Source: Heteronotia binoei
Lineage: Eukaryota
DNA length: 64,000 bases
NCBI RefSeq assembly: GCF_032191835.1
Contig: NC_083236.1
Location: forward strand, 43,586,001-43,650,000
Direction of reading: 5' to 3'
The notes beneath the pieces were generated by a model. That model was not told where the DNA came from. It did no database searches and saw nothing but the letters and a program-made list of their open reading frames with translations. A program made the translations under genes and the position numbers. This document shows positions 22,391-35,361 of this stretch, piece by piece (positions within the stretch are counted from its first letter, which is position 1; each line of letters opens with the position of its first letter).

Positions 22391-23404
22391 CTGGGAGGCC
22401 ATCCACCATAAGAAATGGAATGGCATACCACCTGTGATCCTTCTGATAAAGGGCTGCCACATTGCATCGTGACTTGCATATTTGTGCTGCCTTTCCATCC
22501 AGTCAGGGACACCATGTATGTACAGCTTCAATCCAAATGAAAGTGAGCCCTAAAAAATCCAGTGGTCAATTCAAGCCAACAGAAGCGGTACACAGAGTTT
22601 GTGCCAACCTGAGGTGGCTTTGGCATACCTTGGCAACAATAGCAGAAACTGACTACCATCAGATCAGGCACTGTCAAAGGAGAAGGACACTTATGAGTGG
22701 AAACAATAAATCTGAAGCAAAAATCTGTGTTAGATGAATTGACTTTATACGTTCCTTATTCAAATCTCCTTTGAAACACAGGCCTCTTGGTGGCAGTTGA
22801 AATAGAAGTTTGTGGTGCCAGAAGCAATGTTTGAACTGGGCACTGCTGTATGTCCTCTTTCAGGGGGATGTGTCATTTGAGGTGGTCCATTTGGGGTGGT
22901 CCAAAGATTGTTTTGGGGTGCAGCCAGCCTCAGGGTCTGCTTGTGTGATTGTCCTGGGGGCACTCTGATTTGGAGCAGCTGGCATTCTGCTTTGGCCAGG
23001 AAACACCATACATACGTCCCCTCAAAGGGGAGAGTCCCTTGAACATGGGTGTGTGTGTATGATTTCTGGTGGTCCACAACTTATTTTGGGGTTCAGAGCT
23101 TTTAAACTCACCTCAATATTTTTGGCTGAATTTATAAATAAATCACAACTATGGAATGAATAAGGAACTGGGAACCAACTTCAGCCTTCTGTCACAACTC
23201 CTGACAACTAAGCTGCAGCTGCCAGTGCAGCACCCAGGGGCCCTGCCACCGGCACAGCAGCTCCTGGGCACCCTGTGGCTGAAGGTTTTGGGAAAAGGGC
23301 ACCCCCAACAGCCCCAAAAGAGGTCAAGACAGGGCCAGAGACGGCAGCTGAGAAGCAGCCAAGGTTGATAGCAGCCCAAGCTCTGGTCTAGCCAGAGGAG
23401 GGAA

Positions 23405-23625
23405 AGTCCCCACTCCTCCACTTGCACCTGCTGGAATGGCCTTGGGTCAGCCATAGCCCTGGCAGAGGTTGTCCTTGAAAAGGCAGCTGCTGTAAGAGCT
23501 CTCTTAGCCCCACCCACCTCACAGTGTGTCTGTTGTGGGGGAGGAAGGTAAAGGAGATTGTGAGCCGCTCTGAGACTCTTCGGAGTGGAGGGCGGGATAT
23601 AAATCCAATATCTTCTTCTTCTTCT
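23405..23625 (+). mobile_element. 5'-truncated Squam3 SINE
   Basis: CCCCACTCCTCCACTTGCACCTGCTGGAATGGCC... ending in a (TCT)n tail. Confidence 0.85.
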
Positions 23626-23717
23626 TCACCTGGGGGATGCTCAAGAGGGGGAGATAGAGGAGGGAAAGAGAGGGGATTGACAGAGAAGGGGAGGAGGGAG
23701 AGGAAAAAGGGAATGGA

Positions 23718-24110
23718 CCATGGAAAACTGGGCTAAAGCAAATAAAATGAATTTTAACAGGGATAAATGTAAAGTTCTGCGTTTAGGTAGGAAAAATTCA
23801 ATGCATAATTATAGGATGGGGGAGACTTGTCTTGGCAGTAAAATGTGTGAAAAGGATCTAGGGGTCTTAGTGGGCCATGCACTGAATATGTGTCAGTTGT
23901 GTGATGCAGTAGCTAAAAAGGCCAATGCAATTTTGGGCTTTATCAACAGAAGTACTGCGTCCACATCAAGTGATATGATGGTATCACTTTGCTCTGCTCT
24001 GGTTGGACCTCACCTAGAGTACTGTATTCAGTTTTGGGCACCACAGTTTAAGAAGAATCTGGACAAGCTGGAACATGTCCAAAGGAGGGCAACAAAGTAA
24101 TAAATGGTTT
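23718..24110 (+). mobile_element. CR1 LINE ORF2 (RT C-terminal) fragment
   Basis: NKMNFNRDKCKVLRLG...EKDLGVLV...LEYCIQFWAPQFKKNLDKLEHVQRRATK is canonical CR1. Confidence 0.92.
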
Positions 24111-24908
24111 TGGAGAAAAGATTTCACTTCATACACAAAACGTCTCTCGTTTTATTACTGACATTAAAGTAAGCAGTGCTCTATTGCATATGTGGAAGGA
24201 GAGAAATCTCAAGAAACTAACAGGGACAATGAATGTACTGTTTCCTCCAAGGCTTGATCCACATGTGCTGAAAATCAAGGTAGGAATGAAATGGTAACAT
24301 CCTGAGGTGGTAAAATGGACTTGAAAGTATCTGCCTTGGCAAACAAATGTCATAACCAAAGACATCATAAAAAGGTATCTTCTTGGCAAGGTGTCAAAGT
24401 GAAAAAAGAGCTACTTGTGTGACCGATGTCATAATAAAGCAAAAATACAATTGTATGAGACAGGAAAAAGGATTTCTGCAATTCTTCAAGTCTTTTTATG
24501 GTGATGTAGAGCAAAATAACTACAGTGGATTTATGGCAACCATTAAGCTCCTTAATTTTAAACATATTATCAAGCCTGTATCAAATGGATTTAATAATGC
24601 CTCCTTGAGATATACTCCTAATTTCTCTCGCATATTAATGCGACTCTTGATCTTTACAAGTTTATTTGTCTGCCTCAAGGAATGAAGCACTTTACACAAA
24701 AATGAAGGCATTCATTCCATGAATAGCAATAGCACAGACAGATTGTAATTTGGGGGATTAGATATGCGAGCCCACACTGCCACAATGGGCTGCCACTGGC
24801 CCATAAAGCATAGTGCAGGTTCCTCTACACTACAGTGCCAAACTTTCTAGTAGAATTGAGGTTGAGCTAGAGTTGACAGCTTTGGTTTGAGAAACCTGGA
24901 TGTTTCAG

Positions 24909-25168
24909 GAAGAAGAAAAAAATGGATTTATACCCCACACTCCACTCTGAATCTCAGTCTCAGAGTGACTTATAATATCCTTTACATTCCTCCCCCACAA
25001 CAAACATCCTTTGAGGTAGGTGGGGCTGAGAGAGCTCTCCCAGAAGCTGCCTTTCTGTGAGAGCTATGGCTAACCCAAGGCCATTCCAGCAGCTGCAAAT
25101 GAAAGAGTGGGGAAACAAACCTGGTTCTCCCAGAATAAGAATCCATGCATTTAACCACCACATCAAAC
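24909..25168 (-). mobile_element. Squam3 SINE
   Basis: Reverse complement of the 43834-44100 family. Confidence 0.85.
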
Positions 25169-25482
25169 AGGGCAGGGCTGATTTTGGGGGAGGGAAGCAG
25201 CTCAGCTGAAATGTGATTCTATAGAGCTGCCATTTCCTCCCAGATAACTGATCTCAATATTCTGGAGATAGTTGTAATTCTGGGAAAACTCCAGGTAGGT
25301 TCCACCTCCCAGGTGGGGACTAGAGATCTCCCACAATTAAATATTTCCAAACTATAGAGATCAGTTCCCCTGGAGGAAACAGATACTTTGGAGGATGGAC
25401 GCTACAGAATTATAGCCTGCTGATGTCCCTTCTCTCCTCCAAGCCCCACCCTTCCCAGGGTCCACCTACCAAAATCTCCAGG

Positions 25483-25806
25483 TGTTGTGTATTGGTTGTT
25501 TTGACTGCTGGTTTGTTATGTCTGTTAGTTGACCGTGAAGCGTACGTCATTGCCCTCAAGGATCCTGATGCCTACATTCTGATTGGCTGTTCTTTTAGAA
25601 CCAGCCAATTGGGATGTGAGGCATTTCTCTTAGGAAATGAAGGATCCTGGAGAGATCAATAGGGTGGATTGCTGCCCACATAAGGGGGTGTGTTTAACTC
25701 AGGCCAAATGCATATAAGGAGTGGTGTTGTCTGTTCGTGTTCAGTTCTGCTCTTGTTCATTAAACGTTCTTGGTTACCTCAACCTGGCTGAACTCACTAT
25801 ATAATA
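25483..25806 (+). mobile_element. Solo LTR inserted in a short hAT MITE
   Basis: Starts TGTTGT, ends TATAATA (decayed -AACA), 5-bp TSD CCAGG; internal CCAAT boxes, CATATAAG and ATTAAA in promoter-to-polyA order. Confidence 0.75.
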
Positions 25807-28564
25807 CCAGGTATATCCCAACCCACAGCTGGCAAACCTGATTCTAGGGCCCTTCTGGAAGATGCCAAACCTAGGAATCATTGACATGTCCCTGAAAGCT
25901 AGACTTCAAATTAATTGATTTTGGGAAATGAGGACTCCTCTTCAAGGGGAAGAAAATCTGAGGAATGGTGAGGAACATTGAATGAGGTTCAAGAGGACAA
26001 ACCATTATACCCAGGGAGCTTCTGCCTGTAGTATGCTTCAATTCCAAAATGAATTTTAGAACTTTTCCTCATTAAAATAGGCATGATTAGGCTTTTGAAT
26101 CTGCCTAAGAAGCTCACTGTTTGACCAGTCACTCTCAAACCTAACTCACAAGGTTGTTTCGAGGATATTTGCAGAGGAGAGGATAGTGTTGTGAGCTGCT
26201 TTGGGTTCCTTGGAGAGAAATATTTAGATTCTTTTAGATTCTTTAATATAAATATTCTTTCAGAATATTTAAGGCAGGTTGTCAGCTTTGGACCAAAAAA
26301 GAAATGGGCCATTCCCTCCTTTGTGCTAACTTCATCAAATTAACCTGAAAAACAGTGACAAAACATGAAAAAACAGTGACAAAACATGAAAAAACAGTGA
26401 CAAAATACATTGAATGTGAATCCCTCTGTAGAGTATGCATCCAGCAAGCACAGAAGTCCCTAGACAAGTAGTTAAATCTTCAGTTTCTTAAGCATTCTAT
26501 GCTTTCAAAATCACATTTTTGGTGTGGTTGTTCTTGGCAGAGTTGCCTTTTAATCAGAGAGTTTTGGTTTGGGTTGCATTTTGTTCTTGCTTGTTTTGAA
26601 TTCTTCCCCCCCCCCTTTTTTTTCCGAGGCTCATTTTTATTTGCTTTGCTGTGCTCCACGGTCTATATGTGGTATATATTTGTCTCCTGTGGTATCTTTG
26701 TACTTTCCCTCATAAACCAAGCAAACCAAAATTGAACCTGCCAAGTCCTAATGAAGATAAGAATGTATGGCTGGGGAGACTAAATAGTTTTCTTCCATGA
26801 GGCGATTTTCATCACATTTTTCATTTAGGAATGGCCCAAATGGATCCTCACACACCTAAGATGTGAAATATAATTAGATATACACCTAGATTTTATGAGG
26901 GTCTCTTGCAGGGTATTTATTAATAACATTTCCTAGGGTATATTTATTGAATTAATGAGGTTCAATCATTTTATTGATTAGGGCAAAACCACCTCAGCAC
27001 AGAAAGTCATATAGATATTTTTTTCCCCCTGAGAAGCAATTCAGCCATTATTACAGCCTGAACTCTTGTTTGTATTATGTACCACATATTTACACAAACA
27101 AGACAACTTCAGGCTTTCTGCTCAAGGTTCATGTACAATGTATATGCCTCCATGATTCACATGCAAAAAACACATTAAATAAAATAAAATATTCAGAAGG
27201 TGCCAGGGCTGCTAGTAGAGCAGTGGATTTGGAGAATACAAAAGAAACACATGACAGCATTACCTTGTGACAACATTACCCTACTGAAATGGCTGCCATA
27301 AAACATGGTGACAGGGGTCCCATTCCCCCCAGGAATGCCAATCTCCAGGTTGGAACAGGGGATCCCCCAATTTCACAGGCTCCTGCTCGCCACTGGTCAG
27401 CTGGCCAGCGGGGGAAGCCCTGTCCCCAACAGCTAAGACCCTGCATGATGTCCCCAACATGATGAGATCACACAGAAATGACGTCTTCATGCCAGGGACA
27501 CTGTGCAGTGATGCTCTAGGTTTAATAAGTGAAAGCTCACTTCCTCCAATGCAATGAAGAGAAAATCATTCTCATATTTATCAGAAAAGTTACAAGAAAT
27601 ATAAGGGATATTCTCCCCCCGCCCTTTATTGCACCTAAGAGCTTGTAATTTTATAAACAAGAAAGATTCCCTGTGTAATTAGTGTAGGCTTTGGCTATGC
27701 GTGAATGTTTGCAGTGATTCTCATACAAACACAAGTTCTTGCTTATAAGATTACAAGCTCTTTGGAGCCTGCTTTTGCCCCACTCAAAAAGTGATAACAA
27801 TTATTAAGATTGTAAGCTCTCTGGAGTTCAGGTTAAAGGTCCCATTTCAAAGTGATACCAAGACTATATATTTATCCAGACCTCAGATTCAGTGGGAGCT
27901 CACAGGAGCACAGCTCCTGAACCTTTCTGAGAGTTCGTCCTCCTTCTGAGAGTTCCACCTCCTTGTCCATTGAATAGTATGTGCAGCTGCATAACAATCC
28001 CTGGATGAGCTCCACCACTTATTTTAGTACAAAATGACCACTGTATTTATCCATTCATCTTTGGGCCTGATGAAGATTTGAAACGGTCCACTTTGGATCA
28101 ACCTACCGTTGTCCATATATTTGTCAATATATTTGGAATTCTTTTCTGGAATGTGTGTAGCTATATATTTGGAATGTATATTTGGAATTAGTGTTTTGTT
28201 ATGTATGACTAGCTACCACTACATTACTCTTATTGTTATGCTCTTGTGCCTGAAAGCAGTATATTTTTGATTTGGATTCTCCACACTGCAGTCCATTGTT
28301 TTGACTACCACCTGGAGGCTGGCTTGCCTCATGCTGCCTTTCTGCCCTTACATGTGCCACTAAGGCAGCCAACAATTTAAAACATAAATAATAAAATGAC
28401 ATTTTGATATGGTTAAAATTAACCCCCCCCCCAAAAAAAAACCCTATACATCATGTAATAATAATTGATATTTTTTGCATAGCATTGAGTGTAGTATTGC
28501 CAGGATATCCTGCAGCTTTACTTTCTAACTCTTTTAATGTTATGCACCACTAATGAGCTAGACA

Positions 28565-28703
28565 GTTTTGGGGACTGAGAGAGCTCTGAGAGCTGTGACT
28601 GGCCCAAGGTCATCCAGCTGACTTCATGTGGAGGAGTGTGGAATCAAACCCAGTTCTCCAGATTAGAGTCCACTGCTCTTAACCACTACACCAATGCTGG
28701 CTC
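28565..28703 (-). mobile_element. Squam3/MIR-like SINE
   Basis: GTGACTGGCCCAAGGTCATCCAGC...CTCTTAACCACTACACC. Confidence 0.75.
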
Positions 28704-28894
28704 ACTACACATGTAAAATGTGTTTTAACTTTGTATTTTAATTGTTTTAAACATCAATTAAAACATTGGTTAAGGAGAAATCACTGTTGTTGTTAGATTT
28801 GTGAAGTCACTAAAGTCATGCCAAAAATGGAACAAAATAAAGAGGTGTTTTCAATGAGGACAGTTTTTATTTTTCAAAAAGTAAATCTCTAGCC

Positions 28895-29188
28895 CAGGAG
28901 TGGCCAAACTTGCTTAATGTAAGAGCCACACAAAATAAACATTAGATGTTTGAGAGCCACAAGAAAAGAACATCAGACGTTTAAGAAAAGAAGGAAGGAA
29001 GGAAGATGGGGAGGGGAGGTAGAAAGAAAGCCACTTTAATTTTAAATGCATTATCCAAGCTGTTGACTTGCTTGGCTTGGAGAAGTGATTTAAAGAAACA
29101 AATGCTTTCTACAAGCTGGCCAACAGGGAAGTGGGGGCTTTGAGAGTCACACAATATGTGTGAAAGAGCCACAGCTTGGCCACTCCTG
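28895..29188. mobile_element. hAT-Charlie-like MITE
   Basis: TIR CAGGAGTGGCCAA/TTGGCCACTCCTG; TSD CTCTAGCC/CTCTAGAC fits the NTCTAGAN Charlie target preference. Confidence 0.85.
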
Positions 29189-29519
29189 CTCTAGACTTTT
29201 TCATTATAGAGATATGCCTGTTCCCTTATATCTCCACAGCCAGTCCTGTGGTTTTCACGCTAGTCAATCCACACAGCTACCTGATGCCAGGGAGCACAAG
29301 CAAGGTGAATTGGTGGTGTGAAAAAAACTGCCCTAGGTGCATGAGCGCATGGCCACTAAAAAATATAACGAACAAAAGAAACTCAAACCACACTAAGGGG
29401 ATGGTGAGTAACAACCTTCTACTTGCGCTGAAGCACCTCTTGTAGGAGATACAGGTTCCTTGCACAGGAGCGTCTGATCACTCTTCGCCTGCTCCAATTT
29501 GGGGCAGCACAGTTTGGGG

Positions 29520-30027
29520 TAGGGTTGCCAATCCCCAGGTGCGGGCAAGGAATCCCCCGGTTTGGAGGCCCTCCCCCCACTTCAGGGTCGTCAGAAAGCA
29601 GGGGGGGGGGAGGGAAATGTCTGCTGGGAACTCTTTTATACCATAGGGAGATTTATTTCCATAGAAAATAATGGAGAATTGATCTGTGGGTATCTGGGGC
29701 TCTGGGGGGGCTGTTTTTTGAAGTAGAGGCACCAAATTTTCATTATAGCATCTAGTGCCTCTCCCCAAAATACCCCCCAAGTTTCAAAAAGATTGGACTA
29801 GGGGGTCCAATTCTATGAGCCCCAAAAGAAGGTGCCCCTATCCTTCATTATTTCCTATGAAAGGAAGGCATTGAAAAGGTGTGCCGTCCCTTTAAATGTG
29901 ATGGCCAGAACTCCCTTTGGAGTTCAATTATGCTTGTCACAGCCTTGATCTTGGCTCCACCCCTAATGTCTCCTGGCTCCACCCCCAAAGTCCTCAGATA
30001 TTTCTTAAACTGGACTTGGCAACCCTA
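29520..30027 (+). mobile_element. hAT (Blackjack-like) non-autonomous element, full length
   Basis: TAGGGTTGCCA...TGGCAACCCTA; perfect 8-bp TSD GTTTGGGG. Confidence 0.93.
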
Positions 30028-30669
30028 GTTTGGGGTGGCACAGTTTGGGGTGCCTCTGGTGAGCCTGAAGCTGCCTATCGGTACCCAGCCCTGTCTGTGC
30101 TTTTTTTTTTGGTCTTATATGTTTTTTATCTTGCTCTATGATGGTTTCTGTTTTATGCATTTGCTTTGTTTACCACTTTGAAGGCGATATGGTGGAATAT
30201 AAACATTTTAGTAAATGTTTTTTTCCAAATGATTTAACACATAGTTGCAATGTTCTCTCCAACAAAACAGTCCTCCCCGGATGACATTATTTGGCTCTGG
30301 ATGAGGGTGTCATCAGGAGGGGATAACTTTGTTGGTGACTCAGTTTCAAACTAGACATGCAGTTGCCACAAGAATTTGGGTTCACCATAGCAGCTGTAGG
30401 GAATGGCTGTTAAAAAATGAAGGCGAGCCCATTTGTGCTTGGAATGCCACCAAAGAGGAAGGAAAAGCTCCAGCCTCCCCTCACAAGAGCCATTTTCCTG
30501 TGCCAAAATAGCGTTGAGGAAGGTCTCTCCCTCTTTTTTTGCTGCTCTAGCACAGAACACTCCACATGGAGCAGCAAAACTTAAGAAATAACCCTCCTCC
30601 AGTACTGATTCTTCACAGGAATCTGCCTACCATCTATGTATGACTCTGCTCAGCTATGTATGGCTTTGC

Positions 30670-30805
30670 TCACTGTGCTGGATTCCTCATCTGATGAAGT
30701 GTGCTTAAGAGCACAGGAAAGCTTACGTTCTAAATAAAAATTGATTGGTCTTAAAGGTGTACTTGACTCCTGCTTTGTTCAACTGCTTCAGACCAACACA
30801 GCTGC
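30670..30805 (+). mobile_element. Penelope-like element terminal fragment
   Basis: CTGATGAAGTGTGCTTAAGAGCAC..GAAAGCTTAC...AATAAAA...GGTCTTAAAGGTG resembles recalled reptile Penelope ends. Confidence 0.6.
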
Positions 30806-32610
30806 CTGATTGGATCTATCTTCACAGGAAAACAGCTTTGGGGGACGGCAGGATATCTTTCTCCCCCTGCGGTGGCATTTTGAGCTCAAATAGGCTCTTT
30901 TATTTTTTTAATAAAAGTCGTTCCCTGCAGCTTCTGTGCAGCTACGGGAAACCCAGCCCCAGTTCTTCATAAAACCATACGTCTAGTTGCCCCTCAGTTT
31001 TCAAATAAGCACCTCAAAACCCAGACCTGTCTCAGCAGTGCTGGTAAAAGGTAGTGTCAGAAATGAGACAGGCTTGGCTTTTCCAGCTGCTTTTGGCAAC
31101 GAATTCTCCAAGTCTTTCTCCTTGTGCCGACATCCACCTGAACAGGAGATTGCACTTTCTACTACAGAAGGTGCACACCCCAGAGAAGGCCTTGGATTTT
31201 AGAGTTGCTAATGGATTAAAGATTTTTTTTCATTTGAATGTCTGCACATGAGCTTAGGCCCTGTGCAAAGAGGTGCACAGAGATCAAAGTGGACCCAAAA
31301 GGTATGGTCTTTTCCCTGCCTTGCCCTGCATCTATTGACCCCAAATTGGCTTGGATGAATTGTTGTTAAAAGGAATGGCCATCCCTTATACTTTTTTTTT
31401 GTTGTACTTCCCTAGTAAAATAACAAACTCAAATGAAAATCAGATCAAATGACTGAGGAGTGTAACCTTAACTCAGAGACCTCCTGACTGATTGCAACTA
31501 GCCCCCCCCCCAATTAATCAGGTCAACCTTTTGTTGATTTAGCTACCAATTAAAGTTGGCTGTTCTATTAGCTACAGATGGCATTCCTCTCCAGACACCT
31601 TTCAGCTGGACCCTGCTGTGGTGCTCCAGGGCATGTCTCTTTTCCTCTCTCTCAGAGATTTGAATGCAAAACATACGAGGATACTGAAGTCTGTTTGCAT
31701 TCCTCAGAGAGGCCTTCAGATTCAGTGCATCACTCACACAAGACAATCCCTCAAGGACAAGAATAATATACAGTTGATAGTCAACTCACCAAACCTTTAA
31801 ATGGGGGGAGGGTACACAATTCTAAAGGGCTCACCCAAAAGCAAGACAAGTATAATTTTATGATTAACTATAAGTTTAAATCCACACTGGAGATATATAT
31901 CACATGAAAAGAAAACCATTCCACAGCTTTTAATAATCCTCGGGGCGAGGGGGGGGGGTGTTTTTTCCACACAGGAGTTAGTGAAACCCACTCATCTCCC
32001 CCCGGCATTAAACACTAAGAAATCGAGTAAGTAAAATATTGTAGACATTTACAGGCTCGCTTGAGCTTTTCTGAAAAGTCCTCCTTTGTCTCCACTGTTT
32101 CCTTTCCTTAAGGTTTCTCCTAGCACAGTGAGGGGCGGGGGGGGATGCAATGTTATTTCAGCTGGTAGTAATTTAAAAGTCTTGTTATAAATTCAACAGA
32201 AACCTCAAACACACAAGAAAATAGCCAGTGAGGATTGCCAAAGGGGGGTTGGGGTTGGGGGAGAATAATTTTGCCCACTTTTTGTTGTTCCTAGTAATAA
32301 GAATATTAACACAGAGTCTCTTGGTTCTCCAAAGCCCCAGTAAATCTTAGTTAAATAACAATCCACCACCATGATTTAATATCAAGGATTATGCTGTGTC
32401 CTAAATACCAGGAATCTGGTCCTGATCCAGCTCAGAAGACGTACCGCCTTCTGGGCCATAGAAGCTGAGGAAGTCTGCCCAGCTTAGGTTTTTGGGTTTT
32501 TTCAAATGGTTAATTTATTCAGATGAAAGGTCACTGCTTTAAGATGACCAGATGCAGAGTTGTGTCACCGCCAAGAGTTTTGAGAGACTGGAAGAAAATG
32601 CATATAGTAA

Positions 32611-32880
32611 AAGAAGAAGACTGCAGATTTATACCCCACCCTTCTCTCTGAATCAGAGACTCAGAGCGGCTTACAATCTCCTATATCTTCTCCCCCCACA
32701 ACAGACACCCTGTGAGGTAGGTGGGGCTGAGAGGCTCTCACAGCAGCTGCCCTTTCAAGGACAACTCCTGCAACAGCTATGGCTAACCCAAGGCCATTCC
32801 AGCAGGTGTAAGTGGGGGCGTGGGGAATCAAACCGGTTCTCTCAGATAAGAGTCTGCACACTTAACCACTACACCAAACT
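32611..32880 (-). mobile_element. Squam3 SINE, full length
   Basis: (GAA)n tail to CTTAACCACTACACCAAACT head in reverse complement. Confidence 0.9.
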
Positions 32881-34805
32881 TTAGACTCACTGTGCGTCTT
32901 ATAAAATGTATGATTTTGTATTCCTTATATTCATTGGAATATAATTATATATTGGTCGGAGAAGAAATATTTTGAGTCATATTAAATTATTTTGTTTTGT
33001 TTTTTAAAAAGTCCAATACATAAAAATTCTTTCACCACCAATTCTACTCCAGCACAAACCTCTAAAGATGATCTCAAGAACAACCCCCATTTAATTCACA
33101 CTACACTTGATTTTAGCCATAAGGCTGAGAAGCTATTATTCCTCATAACTGAAAACTCAGAGGGGTATTGCTTTTTAAAGATATCCATCACACCTCAAAA
33201 GATGGTCCCCCCATCTAAAAGTCTCCATGTATAAATCTACAGTGAGGCTTAGCATTGCATTCTCCACAGGCCCATCAAGATGTGAAGATCATACTTCTCC
33301 CCCACTGACCTCTCACAATGTGAATTAAAGGAGCTGATGTTCACAAGATGGCTGCTGTGGTCCATTAGGTAAAAATAATAATAAAAAAATGCCTGTGGAA
33401 CTAGGGTTGTCAGGTTTGTGTTGGAAAATACCTGGAGATTTTGGGGATGGATCCATGAGATTGTGGGGTTTGGGAGGGGCCTCAGCATGGTACAATATCG
33501 TAAAGTCCACCCTTTGAAGCAGCCATTTTCTCCAAGGGAGCTGATGACTGCCAGCAGGATCAGTTGTAAAAGCAAAAGATCCCCAGGCTCCACCTGGAGG
33601 CTGGCAGCCCTATGTCCATCTAACACAGCATTATACTTCTGCCATTATCAGTTTGATACTTCTGGGAAGCTCCCAAACAGATGGTTTTCATTTTTCCCTC
33701 AGCATCTGATGGTCAAGGGTATACTGACTCTATGTATATAAGTGCCAATTAGTTAAGGGGAGAATTACCACTTGACTTTTTCCTGTCAGATTCCTACAGC
33801 AATAGTAGCATCTGTTTATACTCATTGACTAGAGAAAAGGTACAATATGGATATCCAACCCCCACTACTAAGAGCTTGGGGTTGGGAAGCTGGACAAACA
33901 GAAGTTTGCTTGCTTTATTTATTCCTAGTTACTACTTACCTCATTCACTTCAATAGAGGCCAAACAAACCCCTCTTTGCCAGTACCATAACCCCTCTAAA
34001 GCTGCAAACTGGCCTGCCACCTTAAGTCCAGCCTCACCTACTACACTAAGTTATTTTACAACCATTAATAAAATTCTTGACCAAACAGCTCATATTTAGC
34101 CAGTAAGAAATCCAAACATCTGTTTGCTTAGTCTGTTTTTGCAACATGTGCCATAGTAGACAGACATAATATATTACATGAGTCGGACACAGACTCCAAA
34201 TATCAATTCTTTGCATTCCAGCATATCATGGAAGTCTTTTAACAATGAGCAAATATCCCTACTTTGTTTCTTTTAAACATTTGTTTATATTTTTATTTTG
34301 GTTCTTTTTTTCACAGTTCGTTTTGTAGCTGCATTTGTATTATACAGCATGTTCTTGAGTTTTATATGACATTTATGGGTACAGCGTATGTTGTATGTTT
34401 ATAAAACACATGAATAACGCGGATGTACTAATATACAAAGAACATTAAAATGTATACATAACGTGGATGAATAATATACATGAATAATGTGGATGTACTA
34501 ATATACAAAGAACATTAAAATGTATACATAATTTTCATTAAAAATGTTGTTGTGAGGAAAAAGAATTAGAAACATTAAGAATTACAGGTTTGATCCACAC
34601 AAGTGTCAGGTAATCCAAGGGGGGATCTTTAGGTTGGAACAACAGAGATGAATAATTTGAAATTATCCTTATAAATTTGTCCTCTTTTTTCTACCTTCCA
34701 TAATTCCATATACAGCCTTTAAGAGCCCAAACATTTAGCAAAAGTGCATCTGCCCCAGACATATGTCAATCAAGCTTTCATTTTTTTCACACTGTTTTTG
34801 CCATT

Positions 34806-35361
34806 TGATGATGATGATAATGATAATGATAATAATAATAGATTTTATTTCTACCCCGCCCTCCCCACCTAGGCGGCTCAGGGCGGCTCACAACAATTCA
34901 TACATTAACATAAATAATAAAACATTAAATTTAACAGTTAAAATTAAACATATAAAAACCAGTTAGTTAAGTTAAAATACATAATCTAGTTATATTATAT
35001 AAATAAATATCTAGCAGCAATAAAACTGTTCTGGCGCTGGTTCTGCCAGTTAAGGTGATATTAAAGATGGCGGTTCTTTGTTCCTAGCAACTCAGCAGTC
35101 GCTATCATTATAAGCTTGTCTAAAAAGGGCGGTCTTGCAGGCCCTGCGGAACTGGTCGAGGTTCCGCAGGGCCCGCACTTCCTCCGGAAGCTGGTTCCAC
35201 AGTGCAGGTGCCGCAACTGAAAAGGCCCGTGCTCTGGTGTTTTGGAGTTTGACCTCTCTCGGCCCAGGGATTGTCATTTTATTTTTGCCCGTTGACCTCA
35301 GTGCCCTCTGGGGTTCATATGGGGAGAGACGGTCCCTTAGGTAGGCTGGTCCTCGGCCATG
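34806..35361 (-). mobile_element. L2 LINE 3' end (young, CpG-rich)
   Basis: GRGPAYLRDRLSPYEPQRALRS...RARAFSVAAPALWNQLPEEVR...KTALFRQAY is the L2 ORF2 C-terminus; 3' UTR GAGCCGCCCTGAGCC and ATT/ATC tail. Confidence 0.9.

Noticed and set aside
26346-26408. CRISPR-like repeat array
   Set aside because: Head-to-tail repeats without spacers in a vertebrate genome; a minisatellite.
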